Assembly: GCA_012026655.1 (NCBI GenBank)
Contig: JAAILG010000480.1
Coordinates: 1 to 64,000, forward strand
Direction of reading: 5' to 3'
Length of the DNA: 64,000 bases
Source of the DNA: Hydrolagus affinis
Taxonomy: Eukaryota
The notes under the pieces: model-generated
What the model was told of the DNA's origin: nothing
Seen by the model: only the letters and a program-made list of their open reading frames with translations
Databases searched by the model: none
In this document: positions 24,049-37,328 of the stretch, one piece after another
How positions within the stretch are numbered: the first letter of the stretch is position 1
Layout of the letters: every line of letters starts with the position of its first letter
Made by a program: the position numbers and the translations under genes

Positions 24049-25889
24049 TCGCAACTTCGGCCTCTACTTCCCCAAACTCTGGAACACTTCCTCTATCCTT
24101 GCTCCCTTCCTTCCCAGTTTTAAAAAAAATGCACAGCAACACTCCTGATTGCAGGGAGCAATTCTATGTATTTCATGCAACACAAGAGCTGGGTGTCCCT
24201 TTTTAAACACATGTTTTTCAATGAAGGAGAAGACATCTGGCTTGAGCTAAGGCAATTGAGGGCGGGGTCTGCGCCAAAAAGAACACTTGTGCAGCCTTTG
24301 AATGGCAGAGACGTGCTGTTTAGGGCTCCTGTAAAAGATGAATGAATTAATGGCAAATGCTGGGTTCTGATATCCTTTACTCCACCCTCTTGTTTAGTGT
24401 TATAGATTTCCATGAGACAGACACTCCGTTACCAGGGAACACAATGAGTCTGTTAGTGGACAACAGCACCAACAGTGGGGTAAGGCTGGGTCATGTCTAA
24501 TGCGACTCAGTTACTGGATAACACTGAATGTTATTCAGAGGTGGAGGATTTGATGGAATAATAGCCAGAGGATAAGAAGGGAAATAATGGAGGGCAGATT
24601 TACTGAGACTGAGAGACATTTCTTTTTATTGTAAGGATAGTATTAAAAGGGTGGTGGTTTGTTTGCCAGGGGATTGCAGATTTTGAAAATACAGAGGATA
24701 AGCTGGTTTAAAACCACCAAATGAGCCAGTGAAATAGATCATATGAGAATTCAAGTGATTTGAGTGGCTCAAACACCAGGAAAATCTGCTCAGAAATTGA
24801 ACGGGAAACAATCTAAATGATCTAGTGGAGGACTAGTCTAGTTCTGTGGGTAATTAAGTGATGGGAAGAGATAAGGCAGAGCAATAAACTACAGCATCAT
24901 CAGAAGTGAAAATGTAACGAAGGTATGGTGCGAAAATGGTGTCCGAGTCTTCAGATTCTATACCCCTAATGCCTGCAACTCTAGCTTTCCATCTCCCACA
25001 CCTCCACTTTCCATCTGACATTAAATTCTGTCTTAAAATTTAACTCTTTGACCTATGGTCATATGCCCCTGCTCATGTCCTACCCCATAAATCACTCTAA
25101 AGCCCGCTGTGCCATTTGTTCTACATAAAGGGCACAGTATAAATGCAAGTTGTTGTATTTCTAAACAAGAGAATAAGGGAGACTAAATCATGAAAGTTTC
25201 AGAGGGCAGATTTTGAGGGATGCAAAACAAGTCAAAATAGCTGAATTGGAGGACAGTGTGGTGAGAGTCATAAAAGTGGGAGATAGTTAAGGATTTGTTG
25301 GTGAGATGCTCACCAAATGTATTTTAGACAGATTAAAACAGATCAAACAGCAACAAACAGCAGTGTGGTTGAATAGCATGTAACACAGTGGGATTTGGGG
25401 TAAGCAGGAGACTGTAAAAAAATAGAAGGGATCTGGTAGGCAGAACAACATAGTAAGTTATAAAGACAAAAAAGGCAACTGCCGAGGCCAAGAGAAATAA
25501 ATATTGAACACCTCCCAACAACACTGAAGGCTTGTTCCCATCTGTGCTCAGGAAACAAAGGGAAGAAAGAAAAGGATTGATTCACCGAAAGTCCACAGTG
25601 AGAAGCTGGAAACCGGTAGTAAAGAATTAAAAATTGTTCCTTTCTCTCTATAATAATAATCTTTGCATTTGATATAGCGCCTTATCACATCATATTGTAA
25701 ATTGAATTGATGGTATTTTCTGGGCAAAACATGGCAACCAATTGCATACAGCGGTGTCCCACAAACAGCAATGAAGTGAGTGACCAATATTTGTTTGAGG
25801 GACTATTACCCCCGAAAATCAACTAACAACCCTACTTACTTCTGGCCACTCTATTTGTTGGAGTGAGAAGAAACAAAGACTACATTTCA

Positions 25890-26240
25890 ACTATCAAGAA
25901 TATAAGTTAAGAGATAAGGCTAAAAAAGTTGCCTTAACTCTGAACAACAAAGTCTGAGATGTATTAATTGAAGTTTAATTGAAGTTTTCAAGATTATGAA
26001 GGGAATTTGGTAAATTTATCCAGGTCCATTGTTCATTCTGGTCAAGTGCTTGGATACCATGGAAGTGAATTGAAAATGTAGAAAGTTAGAGGTAAGGAGG
26101 GAAGTCAGGCAGAAACTGCTTCACTTGTAGGATGGTAGATGTGTGGAATGTTACTAGGGATGCCTTATAAATGTGCTTGAATGAAAAGGATGTGCTTACT
26201 TGAGGGAGGGAGAGAGGAGTTGAAGGATATGGTGAGAGCC
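25890..26240 (+). mobile_element. Old CR1 RT C-terminal/3' fragment
   Basis: ttaattgaagttttcaagattatgaaggg translates LIEVFKIMKG, a CR1 motif. Heavily decayed. Confidence 0.55.
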
Positions 26241-28131
26241 AGCAGCTAAGTAGGTTGAGGAACTTGCCAGCCTTTCACTGTCCTTAAATATTTTTTATAT
26301 GCCAACTGGCCTTGGTGTCCCTGGACTAGCTCAGCAAGGGGAAGAACTGTCAAGGATTCTCCTGGCCGAGCTCAAAACTTTGAGTGTGTGTATGTACATG
26401 TCAAGGGAGAGCAGGATCAGGCTCAGCTGTGAACACCTTTATTGACAGATGGTTTGCTAATGTGCACTGTACAGCTGAGGCACAGGTCAGTGACCAAATG
26501 CACTGTGCTACAGGCTGGCAGGACACTGGCAGGCTTGGTAGTTGCATCTATAATCGTAATAATAATCCTTGCTTTTGATATAATGTCCCATCACTGTTAA
26601 TGTCCTACCACACCCTTGAGACGTCTCAACGTGCGTCACAGAATACACTGTAAAGTAGATTGAATATTTTTTAGGTGAAATGTAGCAGCCAATTGTACAC
26701 AGCAGTGTCCCACAAACACTCGTGGATTGAGTGACCAAATTCCCCCACAGTGAAGAGCATGAAGGTGATGGCTTTGTATGGCAGCCAAAATAATACGAAG
26801 AGAATTCTGAGATCGCTCTGAGAACTTGTCCCTGATCTCTGTCGTGCATTCCATCATCTCTCCCCATCAGCTCCCCCTAACACTCCCCCACCCATCACTT
26901 CCTCCTGTTGCCTCCCTCTATCGTCTTCCTCCTTCCTACCCCCACCATTGTGCTGCGCAATCACCCATTGCTTCTTCCCTCCACAAGTGCCATGACCAGG
27001 GTCTGAAAGAAATGGACTCCAAATGGCTGCACACTCCGATAGGAGCAATGGTCACTGAGAGGACACAGAGCAACTTTCAGGAGTAAGAGCAGCTTGCTTC
27101 GCTGGAAGGGCTGAGTGACCTCATTTCACATGCACCACCGTCTGTCGTCCTTGGCCGGCGATGACTGAGCCCTGAGCGCAGATACTAAAATAGTCACTGT
27201 CACACAAAATGAACTGAACTCAACCTCCTCTGTTTTTTCTAAATGTTATGTTCGATTGTTTTCCTACTGTCTCTTCCACATAATTCTTGTTGGGCTGCTT
27301 TACAACTAAGCCCCGTCAGTGCAACTTTATTTTTGCTCATCTAATCTTATCTGGCTGCTTCAAACAAACACATACTTTGACCCTTTCCTCTCCCTACTCC
27401 CTGTTCTCTCTGCTCCTTGCGTCACACAGCTGGTGGTGCCTCCGATATCACAAAACACAAGATTGGTGTGCCTGAAATAATGCAACCTGGGTTTTCTTCT
27501 AAATCTGGTATTTGATTGCTTTCCTGCTTTCTCTTCTGCAGAATTCTTACAAGCAGCAATACCCACTATTTCCCCCATCTCTGCTTCAAGCTGCTTTTTT
27601 TTAATGAGTCCAGTGTACTGGCTTCAACCTCTCTTCCTGGTAATCTGGTCCAGTTGTTGATTACTCTCTGAGCAAAACAAAATTCCTGGTGTCTGTCCTG
27701 AAATTTCCCTTTACAACTCTAAACAAATTGTGCATTCTGTGTGGAGGTGAGGTCTGGCAGCAGGACTGACCACTGCACAGATGGAAGTAATAATATTTGC
27801 ACTAGAAATTCTACACAGTGGGAAAGAATAGGAATGAGTTTGGCCCATTGGAATTCTATGCTTGTACCATCTGATCTTTGGAGTACACGTGACTGGCATT
27901 ACCATATTTTCCTACCTCTGAATCCAGTAGTGATGCTCCCAAAGTCAAGCATCACTTGCCATGCAGACAATAAAGAGTGGGCAGCCATCCTCCAAATGAT
28001 AGGGGACTTTTATTCCTTTGGTGCATGCAAGCTTCAAAGGCCAAGCATTTAAATACCATGTGGATAAGTACCTACGGTGTTACCTTCCCCTTGAACTGCA
28101 GTTCTAGGAGGATTTAACTGCGTACTTTACT

Positions 28132-28556
28132 CTGGCTCAGTCGTATCATTTGTGACACTCTTAAGTCAGAAAGAAGGTTTTGAGTTCAAGCCCCACATCA
28201 TGAATTAGAATCACATAATCTAAGCTGACACTCCAATGCAGTGCTCGGAGGGTGTTGCATTGTCGGAGGTGCTGTCCCTCAAATGAAATGTTAAACCGAG
28301 GTCCCATTTGTCTGTTCAGGTGGATGTTAAAGATCCCATGCCACTATTCAAAAAGACGATGGAGTTTCTCCCAGTATTCTGGCTAACAAACCCCCAAATA
28401 AAACTGTTTTCTCATTCCATGGCTGTTTGTGGGACATTGCTGTGCGTTTCGCCCACAAATATGCAGTCAATCCTCTTTACAGTATATTCTGTGAAGCGTT
28501 TTGAGATGTCTCAAAGATATGATAAGCCATTAGATCAAATGCAAGGATTATTATTG
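28132..28556 (+). mobile_element. Deu-domain SINE (SacSINE1/AmnSINE-like), near full length
   Basis: tRNA head tggctcagtcg...gagttcaagccc, then gctgacactccaatgcagt...gttaaaccgaggtccc...ggtggatgttaaagatcccatgccactattc (Deu domain as recalled). Same 3' tail as the main SINE family. Confidence 0.75.
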
Positions 28557-28970
28557 TATATATTATTACCTAAGGACATTTCGGTGTTTAGTCTTAGTGG
28601 CTCTGTCTGCAAAACAGCGTCACACCTACAAATGGAAACAAGTTTTGTTAACACACAAAGTGAGACAGTCTTTGAAATCACAATGAATGCAGCATTCCCC
28701 AGCAGTGTATTGGAGCCTATGAACTGACAATCCAATACAAACAACTGAGTCTGCATTGTCAAAGGTACCATCCTTAGGATGAGATGTTAAAGCGAGATCT
28801 GCTGGTTCAGATGGATGTCAAATATCCCATCCGCTATTCAAAAAGAGAAAGGAGCTTTTCCTAATATTCTGATCTCCAATCTCTCAAATAAAATTCACTT
28901 CATGAATATTTATGGGACATTGCTGTGCACAGGCTGGCTACTATATTTGCCTACAAAATAATTTCACAGT

Positions 28971-29335
28971 TCAAATCCCTCCACTCCTCTGCACCCCCCT
29001 ACCTCTCTGACCTCCTCTCTCTTCACAACCTCTCTCTCCCATCGCCTTTGCTCCACTATCTCTGGCCTCCTCCTTGTCAACCAAATCCTCGCTCCACCAT
29101 TGGCTGCCATGCCTTTAGCCACTATGCCCCGAGGCACTGGAACTCCCTTCCTCACTCCCTTCACCTCGCCCCCTCTCTTCCAACTTTCAGGTCTCGGCAA
29201 AAGACCTTTCTTTTTGACTGCGCTTTTGGTAACCTTTTTCACCCTCCCACTGGCTCGACCCTGGGATCCGTTATTGGGAAGTGCTCTGAGACTCAGTCTG
29301 GCGTGGAGGACACTATATAAATCCAATATTGTTGT
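28971..29335 (+). mobile_element. L2 3' fragment (second subfamily) inserted in a Deu-SINE tail
   Basis: FKSLHSSAPPYLSDLL...AFSHYAPRHWNSLPHSLHLAPSLPTFRSRQKTFLF; UTR ggctcgaccctgggatcc...ggcgtggaggacactatataaatcc. Confidence 0.85.
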
Positions 29336-30167
29336 ATTGTGCAAAGTGCTTTCAGACATCCTCCCTATATGAATCAAAAGTAAAGATTATTATAAACCAG
29401 ATTCTAAATAGACTATGTGAATTGCCTTTCACTTAGTATCCCCTAGCTCAGGTCCAAAACACTGACTGTCCAGCGCCTTGGGATGTCCTCCCAACTTGAA
29501 AGGCACTATACAAATTTAGTTGTTGCCTTTGGCAATTACTAGTCAAGCCCACACCTTGCTGGTTCTTGCTAACACCAGTTCACAAAGGCAGTGCTCTTTT
29601 AAATGCCCTCCCATATACCAAGGTGAATCTTTCGGAAAGGTTTTCAGATACTGGTCGTACTACGAGCAAAGTCTTATCAGGCTCCAAAGACTATGCAGCA
29701 AAGAGGGCATTGGTGGTGGTGGAGGTGGGGGGAGAGATGGGTAGATGAAGAGAGGCACTGCTATTGATAGATTAATAAACCACTGAAATGGCAGAGCGTT
29801 GGTTTTTATTCAATTGTTACCAGGTTAAGCCTTTGCATCAAAGTGCCCCCTTGGCATTGGAACATTGCTGTGAGCTGGCAGCTTTAGGTAGAATCACGTT
29901 AATTGCGACACAGTTAAACCAAATTGCAGATTCCAGAGACAAAACAGACAGATGTGCTTCTTATTTTTCACTCTCAATCTTTTTGTTTTCCTCCACCCCC
30001 AACACCCACTCTTAAATTGTGCTTAGCTTATCTGAAAGGAACGGATGTCTGCTGAGTGAGGCTGCCTGGGTGCATTGTTAGCAGAAAGTCTGCACTGACC
30101 CACGCTGACACCAGTAGAAGCACCAATCGGCATTCACGGACAATCTTCAACCCCCTACACACCCCAT

Positions 30168-30592
30168 GGGGTCCCATAGTATAGTGGTTAATGCGTTCGC
30201 CTCGCAAGCGAGACTACCTGGGTTTGATACCCAAGCAGAGTGAAACCTTAGACAAGTTTCTTTATTCTACGCACCTCTGTTTACCTAGCAGTAAGCAGGA
30301 ACCCGGTTGTTAGTTGATTGGCAAATTAATTAATAATAATACCTCCAAAAGCATAAAATTTGGTCACACAATCCACGACTGTTTGTGAGACAGTGGTATA
30401 CACAATTGGTTGCCACGTTTCACCCACAAAATACACAGCCAATCCACTTCACAATACATTTCAGCGCCTTGGGACGTCCTCCCGACGTGAAAGGCGCTCT
30501 ATAAATGTAATTTGTTGTATTTGTTGTTATTCTGTGAAGCACTTTGAGACATCTTAGCACTATCAATTGCAAGGATTATTATTATTATGATT
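30168..30592 (+). mobile_element. Full-length tRNA-derived SINE with an L2 tail insert (30462-30527)
   Basis: Head tagtatagtggttaatgcgttcgcctcgcaagcgaga is close to tRNA-Val; tail is split by the L2 end. Confidence 0.85.
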
Positions 30593-31067
30593 ATAATGAG
30601 TCACTTGCAGGGCAGTGTTTAAACACTAGCTTCTCCTATATATTAGTATTTCACTTTGTTACATTTGCTTGCTCGATTGCTACTGCTACAGCCAACAATT
30701 GGTATAGTGGCTGTTGGTTGCTAACTATAAAAATAACATTTGAAATAGTACCTTGCATGTCGGTGACAATCAACATCTCAAATTGTGCTATAGTTTGAAG
30801 TATGATGGGAGTAAGGCAGTTTTCCCCTTTGAGTCAAGTGATGAGACAATGAGCTCCTGAGGCTTCTTGTTATGTGATTACCGCTGAAAAGCGATCTGCA
30901 TATCGACTAACAACCACGTTCCTACTTACTACTTATTATTATTATTATTATTACTGCTCGGTAAACAGAAACTATGGAGTAAGGTTTCCCCAGCCTAGGA
31001 ATTGAATCCAGGTCCTCTCGCTTGTGAGGCGAGAATGCGGACTATTATACTGCTATAACATATGGGG

Positions 31068-31169
31068 TACCGGTAATCAAAAAGTCATGACAACATTACA
31101 ATGTCCAATAAGTCTTAAATAATTTTTTAGATAAGAGTGCACTTATCACAACTTTTTGGTCACCCTGTA
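31068..31169. mobile_element. Possible Tc1/mariner-type MITE relic (~100 bp)
   Basis: ggtaatcaaaaagtcatgacaa versus reverse complement of right end ggtgaccaaaaagttgtgataa (17/22). Right terminus caccctgTA. Confidence 0.4.
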
Positions 31170-31944
31170 GATCTCATCTTATCTCCTTCTACTTTAACTC
31201 CGAAAACAGTGTGGTCCAGGTGGGTCAGTTTGAGACACACACTGGATTATCACCAAATCTTTTACAAATCTCTACCCACTCAACTCCAATGTTGAGTTCA
31301 TTGGCATCAAGACAGTCCAAGGAAGAGAAAGAGTAAGAGGATGAAAGTGAAAGACAATCACAGAGCTGCTTCGTACAGGGCCAAGCCACACAACTTTGCT
31401 CACCCCACATAATCCTGTTTGCTCTGCCTCTTACAAACAAAGCTTTGCTCAGCTCTGTGCTCCTTAATTAGGGGCCTTAGCTTCTCTCCAATGTGAAAGA
31501 AAAGGGAGCAGAGGAAATCTCATTAGCATGCAGGGGCAAGCAAGTTCCAACCGGCCAAGAGAATTTCATTTTATGCAGAGCGTCCTCCAACACACGCATT
31601 CCACTTCCGAATTCAATCCTTCTCCATACCTGATCTGCACAGTGACCAGAGCTGCTGGATTCTTCCCAGTGGCTATGGCAACAAGCACATCTTACCCACA
31701 CTGCAGAGTTGTTAAACAGAGACACTGTTTTTTTTATAGATGGGAATATTTTAGTTCGACTGCAGACATTGCTGTGGTGCTTGTCATGTCTTTGCATACT
31801 GGGGCTGAGACTTCTGGAAAGAAACATGAAATCCAGGATTTGGGCTGTAAACCCCCATCACCAGGATTCTTTGGTAAAGACATTATTACCCAGTGTGAAT
31901 TGAGCTCCACAGACCTTGAAGTTCATTGCACAATATCAGCTTAT

Positions 31945-32385
31945 ATAATAATAATAATACTTGCATTTGATAGAGTTAGTGCCTTATCAAGTTGTTAAGA
32001 TGTCTCAAAGCATTTCACAGTATTTTGCTGTGAATTCCATGATAGTGACTGTATTTAGTTAGGCAAAGGCGATCACAGTAGTCAATCTGCACGTAGCAAT
32101 GTCCCACAAACTGCCATGGAGTGAGTGACCAATTTTATTTGGTCATTGTTTATTTATTGTAGGCCAGGACACCAGGAGAAAAAGCCTTCTCTTTTTTGAA
32201 TAGTACCATGGAATATTTAACATCCAGCTAAACAGGCAGATGGAATCTCAATTTAATATCACAATCGAAAGAAGGCAGCTCCAGGAATGCTCACACCTCC
32301 GGCACTGGTATTGGAGTGTCAGCATAGACTGTGAGTTCAAAGTCCCAAAGGTGAGAGTGCGAACAATTGCATCAGGCTGACACAG
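31945..32385 (-). mobile_element. Deu-domain SINE
   Basis: ggccaggacaccaggagaa...tttgaatagtaccatgg...ggagtgtcagc is the reverse of the 28132 element. Confidence 0.7.
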
Positions 32386-32674
32386 TAGACTTTGGTGAGC
32401 TGTGGCAGTGAGCTGTACCCAGTCGCTTCATTGGGATGGAGAGAGGAATAAAATCAACATGTTATCCTGGCCTCCTGTCCATGCTCCTCAGGCAGTAGTT
32501 TGTGACTGAACGCTACCAACGATTAGTTGGTATCTCATGTGTGGGATTTGTTAAAGAGTTAACAAATCTCAATTCCCTCAAGTAGCCAATGGTCTGGTGA
32601 TGACCTCCAGGGATTGCGCTCCATTGTTCAACTCTGGCCCCAGGAGCTCTCTTCAGCCCCACCATCCAACTCCG

Positions 32675-32921
32675 CACAACAACAACAACAAAATTACACT
32701 TGTTTAGCGCCATTCACATCGGGAGGATGTCCCAAGGCGACAGGATGGAATAATAATAATCCTTGAATTTGATATAACGCTTTTCACGTTGTCTGAAAGC
32801 GCTTCACAGAATATACTGTAAAGTGAATATACTGTAAAGTGAATATGTAGGCGAAACTTAGTAATTGAACCCAGGTTTCTTGCTTGTAAGGCGAGTGCTC
32901 GAACCACTGAGCTACAGGACT
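32675..32921 (-). mobile_element. Deleted SINE (32748-32921) followed by an L2 tail (32675-32740)
   Basis: Head joined almost directly to tail, with a 16 bp tandem duplication aatatactgtaaagtg. Confidence 0.75.
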
Positions 32922-33889
32922 CATTTGGAAATGAAATCTATGCAGTGAAGAGTTCAAGCGAATCAGTGAGAGTCCTGGACTTGGGTTTATGCAGGATTCA
33001 GTGTTTCCAAATCTTTTTACAATTCCCATAAACTGCCCCCTCTCCTATTCTGCTGAGAACATGGAATAAATCGCATTAAAAGGCTGTCATGGTTTACTCC
33101 CGTAATTTGTGGTATGGTCTTAAATCCACTCAGTAAATCCCAAATATATTACTCACTCCCAACCAGCGGCTCGTCTCAGACTTAACTGGAACCCTCCTTT
33201 CCTTGTGCACTTGAAGGTTGATATGCTTAAGTGTAAGGGACCAGTAGGTGAGTGTTAAATAACATAAAATTGCTACAGGACCTCTTCATGCATAATCCCA
33301 GACAGTGCACAATGATAGATAGTTTGTGTAAGAAGGCATTGTTAGGCAAGCCCAATCCTCACTCCAAGTCTGTCTCACTCCAGGTACACCTCAATCCAAG
33401 TACTGTACCAGTCTGCTTCAATCTAGGTTCGTATTCCTCCAGGTTTAGAGTATAATATGAGATAGTGGATTGAATTAATGTCTAGTAAATCTAGCCTTAG
33501 CCCCCCCACCTTTGAGCAAATCTGTATACTATAAGACTGTTTCCGAATCAAGTGTGTGAGCTATTGTTCTTTTACTCTGGTGGGACATGCTCGATTCTCC
33601 ATTGATGCTGTCACAAGAGCTTTGCATTCACTATTTTGAACCATCCTTGTCGGAGGCTGAATCTTAATATGAAACGATGCACAGAGAGAAACATCCATGA
33701 GGCTATAGTTTCATCCCTAAACCTAGAGGGAGCATCGCTCGTCACTCACTTCCATCTGTCTGTCCGTCACTTTTTGTATAATTTAAATAATTATATTAAT
33801 CTTCGGAAGTTACAAAACGAGCCAATTGTTTCCAGGGTTACCAGAGTGAGTATTTTAGTTGTTGAGCTTTTCCAGTCTATGCTCAGTGA

Positions 33890-34570
33890 GGACCACCCCA
33901 CCCATTCATGTCACAATTTCCAGCTTTCTCCCCATATCCCTTATTACCTGACCTACCAACAATCTATCAACATCATTCTTGAAAGTGTGGATGGATCCAG
34001 CATCCATGGCCTTTTGGGAGAGAGAATTCCAGATTTCTGCCATCAATTGAGTGAAAAAATGCTTCCTGATTTCACTCTTAAATGGCCTGGTTCTAATTTT
34101 AAGACTGTGCGTCTCTCACCAGAGGAAATAGCCTCTCAAATATCCTATCAAATCCCTTTATCGCTTTAATACCTCAATCAAATCATCCCTCAAACTTCTA
34201 AAACTCAAAGGAATACAAGTTTACGCAGCCTTTCCTTGTAACTTAACCCTTTTAGGCCTGGCAACATTCTGCTGAACCTGCACTGCACCCCCTCCAAGGC
34301 TAATATATCTTGCCTGAGGTGTGGTGCCCAAAACTGAACGCAGTACTCCAGATGGGGTCTGACTAACGCTCTATACAGCTGAAACATCATTTCTTCCCCT
34401 TTGTATTCCAGGCCCCTTGAGATAAAGGCCAACGTTCCATTCGCCTTTTTGATTACTTTTTGTCCCTGGGAACTAGTTGTTAGTGATTTGTGGATATAGA
34501 TACCCAAATCCCTTTGCTCATCCTCAGTTCTTAGTCTCTCCCCATTTCGGAAAATATTCTGCTTTATCCT
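33890..34570 (-). mobile_element. CR1 LINE ORF2 (RT C-terminal) fragment
   Basis: KKANGTLAFISRGLEYK...LYRALVRPHLEYCVQFWAPHLRQDILALEGVQCRF, a classic CR1 motif. Confidence 0.92.
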
Positions 34571-34579
34571 TACATCTGT

Positions 34580-35292
34580 GACTTCCTAACCCCTACCAAC
34601 CTGTTTGTTCTCTCAGCTCAGCGGATTCCAACCTACTTCACGTCCCCGCCTTGCCCACCCCACCTTCAGTCTTTCTGCCCCCATCTTTTGGAACTCCATC
34701 TCACAGCTCCTCCACATTGCCTCTACCCTTCTCCTTGAAGACCTGTCTCAAGACCCTCCTCTTTGATCGTGCCTTCAGTCACCCTCCTACCCCTATCCTC
34801 CCCAACCTCCACCCATCTTGATCGCAACCACGAGCTCGTCTGTGGATACCTGACTGGCCAGCATCTTGGGACATCCTCCTGATATGAAACAACAACAACA
34901 AAATTACATTTGTATAGTGCCTTTACATCAGGAGGACGTCCCAAGGCACTGGACAGTTATTGATTCAGACCCGAGCTGAGGACAGAGGGCTGGGGTGGGG
35001 GAAGGAATGCTGATGGGTCCATCAAAGAGGAGAATTTTGAGGCAAGACTTGAAGGAGGGGGCAAGGTGGAGGGACTCCGGGATGGAGTTCCAGAAGTTGG
35101 GGGCAGAGTGGCTGAAGGCTCGCCCACCAATGGTTGAGCGGGTGGGTCGGGGGACAAGGAGCAGGCCACAGCCTGCAGAACGGAGGGGGTGGGCAGGTTG
35201 GTAAGGGGATAGGAGGTCATGGATGTAGGGTGGAGCGAGGTCGTGGAAGGCTTTAAATGTGAGGACCAGGATCTTGAATTGGATCCTCTGGA
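34580..35292. mobile_element. Two L2 3' fragments tail-to-tail (+ 34580-34887, - 34888-35292)
   Basis: Minus copy translates IQRIQFKILVLTFKAFHDLAPPYIHDLL...GGRAFSHSAPNFWNSIP. The plus copy is a more decayed homologue. Confidence 0.85.
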
Positions 35293-35329
35293 TGAAGGCA
35301 TTATACATATGCAATTTGTTGCTTTCACA

Positions 35330-35670
35330 GGATAATGCCTCAAAGCACTTTACAGGATTTACTGTAAAGTGTAGTATTTTTTAGACGTATTCAGTGGGCA
35401 ATTTGCTCATGGCAATGTCCCAGAACCATTGTGAATCAAAGATTGTCTGCAGGATACAGAGAAACTCACGTCTCTTTTCAAAAATGCCATGGGATCTTCA
35501 GCATTCACCATAATGGGCAGACAGGACCTCGGGTTAACATCTTATTCAAAGACCACACTCTGACAACACTGTTGGGAGTGTCAACCTTGGCTATGAGCAC
35601 AAGTGCTGCCATGGGACTTGAACCCACAACCTGCTGATTCAGAGGTGAGAATGTTACTGACTGAGCCAGG
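35330..35670 (-). mobile_element. Deu-domain SINE, decayed
   Basis: tgccatgggatctt...acctcgggttaacatc...ggagtgtcaacc...gggacttgaacccacaacc...actgactgagcca. Confidence 0.7.
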
Positions 35671-35819
35671 CTAACACCTGGCATCCTGACACACTGTGCG
35701 GCAGAGATTACTGGAGCATGAGTCTGTTTGGATTCCAACCACCCAGAAGTAACTAGAGAGGGTCATTTACCTTATGGAATTGAAAGAAGAAAGAAATGTA
35801 GGTTAAAATAGGATAATGC

Positions 35820-36180
35820 GGCTTGCAGGATATTGGATAGAGCACTCGTCTCATAAATCAAAGGATCCGGGTTCGATTGCATTGGAGGACAAAACCTTAG
35901 GCAATTCTCCTTAGTCTACATGCCTGTGTTTGCCTAGCAGTAAGTAGGAACCTGGTGGTTAGTCGACTGGCAGATCGCTTTCCGGGGGTGAATAATCCCT
36001 TCCAAAAAAATAATAATTGCTCAATTTATGAAACACTGCTGTGGGCAATTGGCTGCCATGTTTCACTGACAAAATATACAGTCACCACACCTTACAGTAT
36101 ATCCTATGAACCTCTTTGAGATGTGTCAATGATGTGATAACAAGCTATATCAAATGCAATGATTATTATTATTACTACTG
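35820..36180 (+). mobile_element. Full-length tRNA-derived SINE
   Basis: B box gggttcgattgc, body and (ATT)n tail. Confidence 0.8.
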
Positions 36181-36675
36181 TATTATAATTAGACAACAAT
36201 TAGAGCAGCCTATGCGATTGGCTGCTCTGTGTGTTTCCTTACAGGCAGCTGGGATAGGCTCAATACTGGAAATGGCCTGGCATAGTTCAATAAACTGGTG
36301 AGCAATGTGTATCACTCAGATATTCCAGACAATGCACACCACAGGACACAGACATCTATTTGTTTGAACTGAGGAACTCTTACACCACTTCTTCCTTCAG
36401 GAACCCCGTCCACCCTCGCCATTCAAAATAAAGTTCCAGTACACACCCCTCTCTTTTGTGGAACAGATGTTTCTCTAGCGAGAGAGCACCACCCACTCCT
36501 CAGTTCCCAAATATTTCATCTCAATCTTTCACATCACTGTTAATTCCCCAGGAACACACAGTGGACTGGAATGCCCCTTCCTCTCACTCACCCCCCCAGC
36601 TTCTATTGCTCCTTTCATCTTAGTCCTTTCAAAACAAGACATTTCAAGATTCCACAGTTCTAACCCAGTTTTTCC

Positions 36676-36843
36676 GAGAGAGAGAGAGAGAGAGAGAGAG
36701 GCAGAGAGAAAATAGAAAGAATGGGAAACAGAGAAAGAGAGGGGAAGTAAACAGAAAAAAAAAGAAATAGGGAAAGAATAGGGAGAAGGGGAAACAAGAG
36801 AATTGGAGAGCAAATAAACAGAATATATACATAATATATACTG

Positions 36844-36888
<45 letters not shown>

Positions 36889-36890
36889 GA
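36676..36890. repeat. Purine-rich tract with (GA)n and (TA)n microsatellites
   Basis: (GA)~12 at 36676-36700; (TA)n(GA)~14 at 36844-36885. Confidence 0.9.
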
Positions 36891-36978
36891 GAATGGAGGG
36901 GGTAAGAGAAAGAATGGAAAATAAGCACTACATGCATAATAATTATCCTTACATTTGATATATAGCCTTATAATTTGT

Positions 36979-37328
36979 GGAATCCTTTAGTTTAGTGGTT
37001 AAAGCACTTGCCTTACAAGCGAAAGAACTGGGGTTTGAATCCCTGGTGAGGCGAAATGTTGGGGAAAGTTTCCTTACTCGCACGCTTCTATTTACCCAGT
37101 AGTAAATAGGAACACAGTTGTTAGTCGGTTGGCAGATCACTTTTCCGGGGTATTAAAAAAAAGTTTGGTCCCTCAATCCACGACTGTTTGTGGGAAACTG
37201 CTGTGCGCAATTGGCTGTGCCTGTCGCCGCAAAATATAGTCAATTCACTTTACAGTAAATTCTATGAAGCACTTTGAGACATCTCAAGATGTGATAAGCT
37301 ACTATATCAAATGCAAGGATTATTTATT
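36979..37328 (+). mobile_element. Full-length tRNA-derived SINE inserted into a minus-strand SINE (36937-36972 and 37335-37537)
   Basis: The host tail ...ccttacatttgatatatagccttat resumes after the insert as ...gagacgcctcaaagcgcttca. Confidence 0.85.

Noticed and set aside
31528-31998. 156 aa ORF in the large intron
   Set aside because: No recognisable homology and it ends in a SINE tail.
33636-34169. 177 aa ORF
   Set aside because: Second half is antisense CR1 sequence; no recognisable domain.
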